Shown one piece after another: positions 36,393-44,374 of a DNA stretch of 64,000 nucleotides. The translations under genes were made by a program, and so were the position numbers. The stretch lies in assembly GCA_025059045.1 (NCBI GenBank), contig JANXEA010000002.1, forward strand, positions 10,798 through 74,797, given 5' to 3'. The stretch is from Candidatus Bathyarchaeota archaeon. GTDB lineage: Archaea > Thermoproteota > Bathyarchaeia > Bathyarchaeales > DTEX01. Positions within the stretch are counted from its first letter, which is position 1; each line of letters begins with the position of its first letter. Below the pieces are notes generated by a model, which was not told the DNA's origin, ran no database searches, and saw only the letters and a program-made list of their open reading frames with translations.

Positions 36393-37590
36393 TGTATTGC
36401 TTTTCCTCCGTTTTTTCGCTTCTCTCCCTAAATATATCCTTATAAATTCTTCCGAGGAAGTGGGAGATGAGCCCTGATGCCACTATAACTATTATTCCTA
36501 TGATCACTGACATGATCAGCCCCTCAGCCGGCAGGACGGGGTTAATGATTATCAGGGATACTTGGTGGAGTATCGTCCATGACCATGCGAAGATGGCGAC
36601 CAAGGCTGAGGTCCGCCAGAACCTTGAGTCCCGCTCCAGAAGATATCCGACCGATCGGCCTATGAGTATAATGCATACGCCGACTATCGCCATATCAATC
36701 GACTTGTTAATGAACCATCCGATGAGCTGAGGTAAGATCTCAAGGAGTTTTCCAACCTCAATTGGAAACTGGAATCTAAGATCAAAATTGGCGTTTATGT
36801 ACGATCCTGCCTGATATATACCTGTGACGATCAGGAGGATGCCCGTGATAAGCGAGAACCCTGAGACGAGACCTGATATCGAGTAGTGATAGATCCTTGA
36901 GAAGAAGGCAACGATCTTCTTGTCTAGGCCATAGCCTTTTCCTAGGAGGGAGCTTCCAAGGATCAGGAGGAGGACGATCCACGTCCACAGGTAAATATCA
37001 AACTGTAGGAATATGCCGAGGAGGGTCAAAACCCCCAGCGAGAGTAGAAGCAGGCCAGGCAGCCCAAGAGCGATCCTAGAGTAGCGCGGGTCCTCTACAA
37101 GCATTCTCAAATATTTGGAGAAGACTGCGGCCGTCTCCTCAACGGATTCGCTGTGTTTAACGATTACTCTGCGTAAAGATGTTACTGGAACCCTTGACTG
37201 TATTAGGGGCATGATCTCCTTATCTGAGAATCCGTCTGTGACGAGTATAAGTCCATCCGTCCTGAACTTCTCTAGTACGCTTGATAATTCGGAGACGAGC
37301 TTACGGTCGGCGGCTAACCCGCCTAACTCGGAGCCCGCTATAACAGCAACCTCGTATAGGCCGGACGTATTCTTGTCAGTCCTTAGGGAGTCATAGATTC
37401 TGATGGCTTCGAACATAGCGTTCGCGTCAGCTTCCTCTGGATCTGCAAGGACCAGTTTCAGTGCTGAATCCAAGACGTTGTCTCTTCCGATAACAGGTGT
37501 CCTTATGCCTGTCTTTCTTCCAACATCATTATCCCTATCAACGCATAAAACTAGAAGATGTTCCAAGCTTTTTTCTTGCTTCTCCGCCAT
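36379..37590 (-). CDS. DUF373-family archaeal membrane protein
   Basis: 403 aa. The N-terminal soluble domain (LLVLCVDRDNDVGRKTGIRTPVIGRDN...ADPEEADANAMFEAIRIYD) is followed by about 6 TM segments. Family recalled from memory. It overlaps mtnP by 14 nt. Confidence 0.6.
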   Translation of the reverse strand: MAEKQEKSLEHLLVLCVDRDNDVGRKTGIRTPVIGRDNVLDSALKLVLADPEEADANAMFEAIRIYDSLRTDKNTSGLYEVAVIAGSELGGLAADRKLVSELSSVLEKFRTDGLILVTDGFSDKEIMPLIQSRVPVTSLRRVIVKHSESVEETAAVFSKYLRMLVEDPRYSRIALGLPGLLLLSLGVLTLLGIFLQFDIYLWTWIVLLLILGSSLLGKGYGLDKKIVAFFSRIYHYSISGLVSGFSLITGILLIVTGIYQAGSYINANFDLRFQFPIEVGKLLEILPQLIGWFINKSIDMAIVGVCIILIGRSVGYLLERDSRFWRTSALVAIFAWSWTILHQVSLIIINPVLPAEGLIMSVIIGIIVIVASGLISHFLGRIYKDIFRERSEKTEEKQYNVPQ

Positions 37591-37648
37591 TACCCTTCTC
37601 CAAACAACCTGTTCTAAAAGTAAATTTGGGTTCTTCCCAATAAATCTT

Positions 37649-38530
37649 TTAGATCAAACCTCTCTCTGCGAGGAGTTTGAACTCTTCGAAGGATATCTTT
37701 TCCCCCCGCTTCAGCTTCTCCAATGCCTCCTGCTCAACTTTACTCCGCATCTCCATCTCCTTTCTAGCCCTCTCTGCCTCCTCACTCTCATGGATCCTCA
37801 TTTTGAGGGCTTTGATCTTTCCCTGAATCTCCCTGAATCTCTCTTCAATGAGCTGGGCTTCTTTCTTCACCTCTAGGTACCTTCTATGCATCTCATCAGC
37901 CTTACTTCGGTTCTCGTTGAGCAGTGAGGTTTTCTCCGCCAGTTCCCTCAAAATTTTTTTGCTACTCTCAAGAATCCGGGAAATACTGTCATTATAAGTG
38001 GCTATCTCATCCTTGAGCATGTCAGCCTCTTTTTGGAGGGAGGCAATCTTTTCCTTTATGCCATCTATCCTCCTATAAGATTCTATCTGCTTCTCCAGAT
38101 CTTTAACCTTCTCAATCAGCTTCCTTTCCTCATCAATTGCGTGCGGAACTGTTTGGATCCTCCATTCTATCTCTTCTATCTCTTTCCGCAAAGAATCTCT
38201 GCTTCGGGTAGGTCTGGCAGCAAGCTCCATTCTCAGTTTTTGTCTCAATGTTTTAAGATCGTCTATGATCTTCGCACGTCTATTTTTCGCCTCATCTCTG
38301 AGTGACCTCAGCTTTTGGATCTCCCCCCTCGCCTCGCCTATTCTGACCCTCAAGGCTCTGACCTCATCCCGAAGTCTCCGCGTTTCTGCGTTGAGTTCAT
38401 CGCGGATTTTGGCTATCCTCTTCAGCTCTTCTCTACGCATATCCCTGTCTGCCCTAATGGTGTTAAGTTCCCGAGCAAGATTATTTTCGAGGGAGAGGAG
38501 ATCTTCTTGAGGCATTCCAGCTTCTTCCAT
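37649..38530 (-). CDS. Archaeal coiled-coil protein (COG1340-like); start moved to the internal ATG
   Basis: Highly charged heptad-rich sequence throughout. The track start at 38629 lies inside tRNA-Tyr intron 4 and codons 3-8 overlap exon 5. The first downstream ATG (Met34, 38530-38528; TTG at 38533) gives ~293 aa. Confidence 0.65.
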   Translation of the reverse strand: MEEAGMPQEDLLSLENNLARELNTIRADRDMRREELKRIAKIRDELNAETRRLRDEVRALRVRIGEARGEIQKLRSLRDEAKNRRAKIIDDLKTLRQKLRMELAARPTRSRDSLRKEIEEIEWRIQTVPHAIDEERKLIEKVKDLEKQIESYRRIDGIKEKIASLQKEADMLKDEIATYNDSISRILESSKKILRELAEKTSLLNENRSKADEMHRRYLEVKKEAQLIEERFREIQGKIKALKMRIHESEEAERARKEMEMRSKVEQEALEKLKRGEKISFEEFKLLAERGLI

Positions 38531-38605
38531 CAACTCTCTCAGGCGGACAGATAGATTGGTAGAGGGGATTTTTAATTTTTCCTCCTCAATGTGCTTGAAG
38601 AAGAT

Positions 38606-38822
38606 TGGTCGGGCGGGCAGGATTCTCATAGGAGGCCGTTGACAGCCATCCTACTTTGAATTCGCCGAACCGCAGATCATCTGCGGCTCTCCTGCGACAA
38701 TCCGGTTTCTGTACGCTTGGCAGGCTGAGATCGCCTACCACGCTGGTAGACGACTACAGCATCTCCGCCAGCCCGCATAAAAGGGCTAGCTCGGAAGCTC
38801 TGCCAAGCTGAGCTACCGCCCG
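38606..38822 (-). tRNA. tRNA-Tyr(GUA) with four introns; encoded CCA
   Basis: Exons 38822-38792, 38760-38754, 38706-38691, 38660-38655 and 38622-38609, plus CCA at 38608-38606. They splice to CGGGCGGTAGCTCAGCTTGGCAGAGCTTCCGGCTGTAGACCGGATTGTCGCAGGTTCAAATCCTGCCCGCCCGA.
- Acceptor: 7 bp, CGGGCGG/CCGCCCG.
- D arm: GCTC/GAGC.
- Anticodon arm: TCCGG-CTGTAGA-CCGGA.
- T arm: GCAGG-TTCAAAT-CCTGC.
- C1-G72 and A73 match archaeal Tyr identity.
Each of the four junction pairs sits in 3-nt bulges 4 bp apart. Confidence 0.85.
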
Positions 38823-38849
38823 ACAATCATTCACAAAAGAAAATAGGAC

Positions 38850-38861
38850 ATATATCCTTTT
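38850..38861 (-). promoter_or_regulatory. BRE/TATA promoter of tRNA-Tyr
   Basis: The minus strand reads AAAAGG-ATATAT at -39 to -28 relative to the mature 5' end. tRNA-Arg has the same geometry. Confidence 0.55.
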
Positions 38862-39068
38862 CGTCTATCAATCCCGCTCATAAGATCTTGTCGGGAAACC
38901 TTAATTATATTCTTGTTAAAAATTCGTAAGCTGCTACATTCCACAAGAGGTAAGGAACCATATGTGAAGAGTACTATACGTAAAACGCGAAACGCTATAA
39001 GCAAAATTTCAATAACGCGGAAAACATTAATTTAAGATCTAAATGAAGACAAGCTAAAAATAGTGAAT

Positions 39069-39143
39069 GGGCCGGTAGTTCAGTCTGGTATGAATGCCGC
39101 CCTCGCACGGCGGAGGCCGCGGGTTCGAATCCCGCCCGGTCCA
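39069..39143 (+). tRNA. tRNA-Ala(CGC)
   Basis: GGGCCGG-TA-GTTC...GAAT-G-CCGCC-CTCGCAC-GGCGG-AGGCC-GCGGG-TTCGAAT-CCCGC-CCGGTCC-A. It has the G3-U70 Ala identity pair, no intron and no encoded CCA. Confidence 0.95.
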
Positions 39144-39595
39144 CTCTTTATATACTCTTGGATGAACCAGGAACACATAATTTTCTCTTCCTAAAGAACT
39201 TAAGCCCATCTTGCTCATAGATATATTCGAAGCCGCTTTCGATCAGCTGTTCTATCCACTCACGTTTTTTTCTTATTGACCCATTAATGGTTGAAGGTGA
39301 TGATCAGCATGCTAGTTAATTTAGGCACACCGCTAGAAATAATTCGGCATCCTCTATTTGAGGCGAGAATCTCCAACAGTTGCTTGCGAACCCTCAAGTT
39401 AACAAAGAGGTTATTTCGGATCTGAGCGATCTTTAAGCGGCCAATATGAAAGGATTAGTGAAAGGCTAACTTTATAATATGGGCCAATTCCTAAACACAT
39501 TGTAATTTACGGCATTTTGGGCTCACTTAATAGTCGGTTCTAATTGTTGTATTTGGGTAAAACTATATATACTTGGATGGATTATCCATCCAAGT

Positions 39596-40156
39596 ATGCG
39601 AATGGTGTCTAACAAGACAACAAAAATTGCGTTCATCAGTGTTCTTTCGGTCTTATGTCTGTCTCTTCAATTGTCACCTAGGCCTCCAAATGTGGAGTTC
39701 ACCTCGCTTCTGACATTTTTCAGTGGTTTCATTTTCGGCTCTCTTGTTGGTGGCTTGTTTGGTGGTTTCGTGATGTTTATTAATGGTTTTCTTTCGCCAT
39801 GGGGTTTCGCTGGTTTGAATATGCCCTTTCAAATGGTGGGCATGGGTCTTGTAGGTTTAGTCGGCGGACTTTATAGGAGGTTTGTGTCTAACCATTTTTC
39901 TGCTGGTTTTTGTGTTGAAGTTGCCGTACTGGGGGCCCTTCTGACCTTGATTTACGATTTGATAACTAATTTAGGGTATGCGGTCTACCAAACTTTAAGT
40001 GATATACCCTTCAATTTAGCCTTAATGATTGCTCTGGCTTATGGTACACCATTTTCCATAATTCATGTCGCTTCAAACGCGGCTCTGTTCGGAGTTGCAC
40101 TTTATCCTTTAATTAAAGTTACCAACACGATATTGGAGGTGAATAGGAGTGGTTGA
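39596..40156 (+). CDS. Small 5-6 TM membrane protein (possibly ECF-transporter S-component-like)
   Basis: 186 aa, hydrophobic and Gly-rich (FGSLVGGLFGGFVMFINGF). It overlaps the downstream DUF4430-like gene by 8 nt. The family assignment is a guess from architecture. Confidence 0.4.
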   Translation: MRMVSNKTTKIAFISVLSVLCLSLQLSPRPPNVEFTSLLTFFSGFIFGSLVGGLFGGFVMFINGFLSPWGFAGLNMPFQMVGMGLVGLVGGLYRRFVSNHFSAGFCVEVAVLGALLTLIYDLITNLGYAVYQTLSDIPFNLALMIALAYGTPFSIIHVASNAALFGVALYPLIKVTNTILEVNRSG

Positions 40157-40964
40157 GAAGAGAACTATAACCGTATTGGCTTTAGCGGCGCTTGTTTGGG
40201 CGCTGAGCACTTCAGGCCTTGCAGCATACTATCATGTGGAGATGAGCAGATTTCAGAGGTTGTCAGATGAGAGACTGCTAACGATTTCAGGGATTTCTAG
40301 AGGATACAAGAGGGCATTAGAGCAGCAGGACCTCCTCATGAGAGACTACAATGTATTACTCGGAGAATACTACATGTTCATGGAAGATGATTATTCAATG
40401 CTTGCCAGAAAATATGCCCAATTGCTCTATAATCTTGGCGGCAACTATACTGGAACGATTAACGACCTTCTAGGATTACAGGAGACATACAGAAGCCTGT
40501 TAGATGCAACTCTAAAACTTGCAGGGCGGAAAAATGTCACACGGGAAGAATTCGAATCAGTACTCAGGGAGTTCGACGAATTATTGGCAAATATTATGAC
40601 AAAGAGTCTTGAAAGCCTGCTGGGCGAAGTGACTACGATAAGGGTGAACCTCTGCATCGACTATGGAAACGGCACAAAGACATGGCATAATGTGACTGCA
40701 AGACTAGGCTGGTCACTTTTTGACTTAACCCGGCAGGTGGCCCGAATAGAATACGAGTACTACCCATCTATGGAACCCGGCCACATCTTCATGAAAACTA
40801 TTAACGGCGTTGCCCCTTCTCCCTCCGAATGGAAGTACTGGTTCTGGTATTACTGGGACGACACCACAAATAAGTGGATATCGGGTCAAGTGGGATGCGA
40901 TTCATGGACGCTATATGACAACGGAACCTATAGATGGATATACAAGACGTGGGGGGATCTCTAA
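40149..40964 (+). CDS. Membrane-anchored protein with C-terminal DUF4430-like domain
   Basis: 271 aa with an N-terminal TM and a helical region. The C-terminal pattern IFMKTINGV...WKYWFWYYWDDTTNKWISGQVGCDSWTLYDNGTYRWIY matches the remembered DUF4430 pattern (x-ING...W-x-Y...L-x-DGD-x-I-x-W-x-Y). Confidence 0.5.
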   Translation: MVEKRTITVLALAALVWALSTSGLAAYYHVEMSRFQRLSDERLLTISGISRGYKRALEQQDLLMRDYNVLLGEYYMFMEDDYSMLARKYAQLLYNLGGNYTGTINDLLGLQETYRSLLDATLKLAGRKNVTREEFESVLREFDELLANIMTKSLESLLGEVTTIRVNLCIDYGNGTKTWHNVTARLGWSLFDLTRQVARIEYEYYPSMEPGHIFMKTINGVAPSPSEWKYWFWYYWDDTTNKWISGQVGCDSWTLYDNGTYRWIYKTWGDL

Positions 40965-41203
40965 AGTGTCAAATGCCAATATTTTGGAAAAACAGAAACT
41001 CTCTTGAGAGATTAAGACAATCTGCGGTGTCTTCAAACTCCCTAAGCTTATCGGCTGTCCCAGTAATACTAGCATATGTTTATTCGACAATCAATATATG
41101 CTTAGTCGAATCTTCATAGAATTTTTTGAGGGACTAAAAAATGAGGTTGACTGGATTTTATTTTAATATTAGATTTTGCATATTATGGCTGTGTTGACCA
41201 GAA

Positions 41204-42075
41204 ATGTTGAGTGATGATGTTAAGAGAATGCTGATAGCCGCCCAAAGAAATGAGATCACAGAGCATCTCGTTTACGATAGGCTTTCCCAACTTATAAAGG
41301 ATCCTATAATAAAGAGACTTTGAAACGCATTTCATATGATGAATGGAAACATTACGGGTTTTGGAGGGAATATGCTGGCAAAGATGTGCAGCCAGACAGG
41401 CTTAAGGTATGGATTTTTCTCATGATTTCAAGAATTTTTGGAGTAACATTTGGCATAAAGCTGATGGAGAGCGGTGAGGAGGCTGCACAAGTCACCTACG
41501 AAAAAATATCGGCGTGTATCCCTCTCGCCAGAAGCATTATAGAAGATGAAGATAAGCGTGAGAAATAGCTGCTAGAGCTGATCGACGAAGAGAGGTTGAA
41601 ATATGTGGGCTCAATGGTTCTTGGCCTGAATGATGCGCTTGTAGAATTGACCGGGGCTCTTGTAGGGTTTACATTCGCTCTTCAAGACACACTTCTAGTT
41701 GCGATGGCTGGTTTGATTACTGGGGTTGCCGCGTCCCTATCTATGGCCACTTCAGAGTACCTTTCAACAAAGTCTGAGGGGAGTGGAAAGGTCCCAATTA
41801 AAGCAGCAGGGTATACAGGCGTGGCTTATATTCTGACGGTTCTGGTCCTTATATTTCCATATCTAATCCTTCCAGACTTGTACATGTGTCTGGTGCTCAC
41901 GATGATTGATGCGATAATCATCATCTTCGTCTTCACCTTCTATGTCTCTGTTGCGAAGAGTCTTCCATTCAAAAAGAGGTTTCTCGAGATGGTTTTTATA
42001 AGTCTCGGAATAGCATCACTAACATTTGCTTTAAGCTTCTTGATAAGAGCGTTCATGGGAGTCGAGATAGACTAA
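41204..42075 (+). pseudogene. VIT1/CCC1-family iron/manganese transporter with N-terminal ferritin-like domain, disrupted by a frameshift and an in-frame TAG
   Basis: Three collinear pieces.
- 41204-41323: MLSDDVKRMLIAAQRNEITEHLVYDRLSQLIKDP...
- 41320-41568 in another frame: ...NKETLKRISYDEWKHYGFW...
- After TAG at 41566-41568, the same frame continues LLELIDEERLKYVGSMVLGLNDALVELTGALVGF..., the VIT1 TM domain. Confidence 0.7.
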
Positions 42076-42183
42076 TAGAGTTTTTATCTTTTATGATCGT
42101 TATAGCCGGAACTTGAATGGTGGATTTATGGAGCATAATATTTAATCCCTTGATAATCATTTACGACTTTTGGAGGAAGGTCG

Positions 42184-43032
42184 ATGCAAACCGCTGGTAA
42201 GGTATTTCTCGTGATGCTTATCGCGCTTTGCCTTAGCTTCTCAGTAAACATTTTCCTTTATTGGCGGGTAGTTGAGTATGCTGAATGGTTACAGAGCCTT
42301 CAAGATAGGATCAACGAACTGAGCATTGAAAATCTTTCACTTAGGGAAAGTTTGGAGATTCTCAATCGCACCCTCGAATACCATCCGACCAACGCCTCTG
42401 TTACGGGAAACAATTGGATATACATGGTGGGTGTAACTACAACCAGCACGGGAGCCTATGAGGGAGAGATTCTAAGGATATACGCTAAGCTCATAGATGG
42501 GTCGGGAAACGTCTTTATTGCTACAAATCCGAAAATTGGGATCGAGCTCCAAAGGTCAGCTGAGACAGCGTTCACAGTAGCTTGCCAGATCACGAACGCC
42601 AGCGTAGCTAGCATAGATTGTATGCTCATAGTTACCGCGAACAAATCGATAGATGTTGTGGATGGCCCCTCAGCAGGCGCAGCAATAACCGTACTCCTAT
42701 CCCTGATGCTAAAGGGTAAAGAGCCTAGAAGGGATGTGGTTATAACTGGCGAGATATACAGCGATGGGACAATAGGAAGGGTTGGAGGGATAATCGAGAA
42801 GGCCATGGCGGCCGCGATGAACGGTGCAACATTATTCCTCGTTCCAGAAGGTCAATCAGTTGCGACAATCTACATACAAGAGGTTATCCAGAGGGGGCCA
42901 ATCAGAATTATACGCTACATTCCTCAGACTGTAAATGTCCAAGAATATCTTAGAGAGAAAGGATACAATATAAAGGTAGTCGAAGTCTCGAATATTATGG
43001 CTGCTCTACAATATTTCGAGGCGAAAGTTTAA
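42184..43032 (+). CDS. Membrane-anchored S16 (Lon C-terminal-like) serine protease
   Basis: 282 aa with an N-terminal TM. The catalytic Ser is in VDGPSAGAAITVLL and the catalytic Lys in GGIIEKAMAAAMNGA. Confidence 0.75.
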   Translation: MQTAGKVFLVMLIALCLSFSVNIFLYWRVVEYAEWLQSLQDRINELSIENLSLRESLEILNRTLEYHPTNASVTGNNWIYMVGVTTTSTGAYEGEILRIYAKLIDGSGNVFIATNPKIGIELQRSAETAFTVACQITNASVASIDCMLIVTANKSIDVVDGPSAGAAITVLLSLMLKGKEPRRDVVITGEIYSDGTIGRVGGIIEKAMAAAMNGATLFLVPEGQSVATIYIQEVIQRGPIRIIRYIPQTVNVQEYLREKGYNIKVVEVSNIMAALQYFEAKV

Positions 43033-43052
43033 GATTCTCAATGTTTTATGGG

Positions 43053-44309
43053 TCATCTACGCCTGCGACGTAGGATCATGGACGCGGCGGACAATGCTGC
43101 GGCTGCAAGTAATGCTGCGACGCCTATTGGTTCCTCATACCATTCACGGCTCTGCTCCATTATTATTAGGCTGAGGAACACTGTTCTAATTGTATCTCCG
43201 CATTTGCCCGTAATAGTCAAATTGTATAATCCAAACGGCGCCGTGCGACTTATCAGTATAAGTAATGTTGATGTGTAGGGGGGAGTATTTGACTGAACGC
43301 TTAAAGATATGGAAACCCCTGGAGGAAGGTCTGTAACTGAGAGCGTGACCGCTCTAGGCCAGTCAACAATCTTGCCGACACTGATAAGGGCTGTTCCATT
43401 CCCGCCTTTATTGACGCTTATGTTACTTGGATTAACGGATAAAGTGAAGTCGAAAACCTGCCTCTGCTCAACTTCGATGTAGAGGGTGTATAAAACATCC
43501 GCTACATAGTTTACGGCCTGATTCAACAATTCTCCTACACGACCCACAAACGTGGGGTTGCTCCAGTTATAGTTCCTGTCCATCCAAAGGCATGTTAATC
43601 CTCTACCGAGACGGTCAAATGTGGTGTCATAGGCAAGTTTAACGGCCGCCTCATAAGCCGATATAATTTTTAACTCTCCATCAAAGTATAGGGCTGCGCT
43701 AAACTCGGAATCGTAGCTTCCTGTTCTTGCATTCACGTAATCCTCGAAGTCGCTGTGATGAGTCTCTTCACCCCAAACTGTATTCTTCCCCATAATATGG
43801 CCGAAGACAGCCATGTCGGCAATATAATGTGTCATGGCACCTGCGTATTTCGCCGCAGCAGAAAAGTTTCCTAAGAGTAGATGGTTTAATGCCTGTTGGT
43901 ATGTTTCATTCGCCCTTCTGGCTGCAGAATCATCAATTAAGGTGCCGTTTAGACTATAGTATATGTGATGTTTTAAGGTGTCTCCTATCCCATCTGGGGC
44001 CTGACCGTTATCCGGGAGTTCAGTGCCATAGAGATATAGGTTCCTGTTTTCAGTTATCCACCATTTAGCGTAGTCTGGAAGCCAATCTAAAGCATGCTCG
44101 GCGATCCAATCATGCGTCCCATACTTTGGGCTGTGCGGATTTGAGCTGTAGCCTCCGTTGCTCCAAGCGTAAGATGGTGCGGCAACGTAGGAGAGTGCTA
44201 AGAGGCAGAAGACCGCCTCGACAAGGATGGTTTTTCTGTACCTTAAGACGTTGAATCCGCCTGAATTTATTCCAGCTTTATTTGATTCCCATCTTTCCAA
44301 TCCATTCAA
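43053..44309 (-). CDS. Secreted zinc-dependent phospholipase C / P1-nuclease-superfamily protein with Ig-like domain and C-terminal TM anchor
   Basis: 418 aa with a signal peptide (...VAAPSYAWSNGG). His-rich metal motifs are GTHDWIAEHALDWL, KHHIYYS, HYIADMAVFGH and ETHHSDFEDYV. A C-terminal beta-rich domain is followed by the tail PIGVAALLAAAALSAASMILRRRRR. Confidence 0.55.
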   Translation of the reverse strand: MNGLERWESNKAGINSGGFNVLRYRKTILVEAVFCLLALSYVAAPSYAWSNGGYSSNPHSPKYGTHDWIAEHALDWLPDYAKWWITENRNLYLYGTELPDNGQAPDGIGDTLKHHIYYSLNGTLIDDSAARRANETYQQALNHLLLGNFSAAAKYAGAMTHYIADMAVFGHIMGKNTVWGEETHHSDFEDYVNARTGSYDSEFSAALYFDGELKIISAYEAAVKLAYDTTFDRLGRGLTCLWMDRNYNWSNPTFVGRVGELLNQAVNYVADVLYTLYIEVEQRQVFDFTLSVNPSNISVNKGGNGTALISVGKIVDWPRAVTLSVTDLPPGVSISLSVQSNTPPYTSTLLILISRTAPFGLYNLTITGKCGDTIRTVFLSLIIMEQSREWYEEPIGVAALLAAAALSAASMILRRRRR

Positions 44310-44374
44310 AAATAATTGTTAATCCGCTTAAAATCCATATTGGCTTTTCACGCTGACTGTTGCTTAACAAGTTT

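Noticed and set aside
38632-38826. A GC-rich structured region first considered as SRP or other ncRNA, or as a 5' tRNA half (split tRNA).
   Set aside because: The matching 3' acceptor strand plus CCA (38606-38615), the T-arm pieces and four BHB motifs were found. A single multi-intron tRNA-Tyr explains the whole region.
39148-39303. A stop-free 52-codon minus-strand frame (…KKREWIEQLIESGFEYIYEQDGLKFFRKRK…) in the gene-less gap next to tRNA-Ala. It could be a relic of an integrated element.
   Set aside because: It has no ATG, GTG or TTG start codon, no recognisable family and no att-like repeat of the tRNA. The evidence is too weak to call, though a profile search is worthwhile.
41566-41568. 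The in-frame TAG in the VIT1 gene as pyrrolysine or programmed readthrough. The same was considered for the TAA at 61665-61667.
   Set aside because: Nothing in the lineage context suggests Pyl decoding. The VIT1 gene also carries a frameshift. Pseudogenisation or sequencing error is more economical, and neither can be distinguished without reads.
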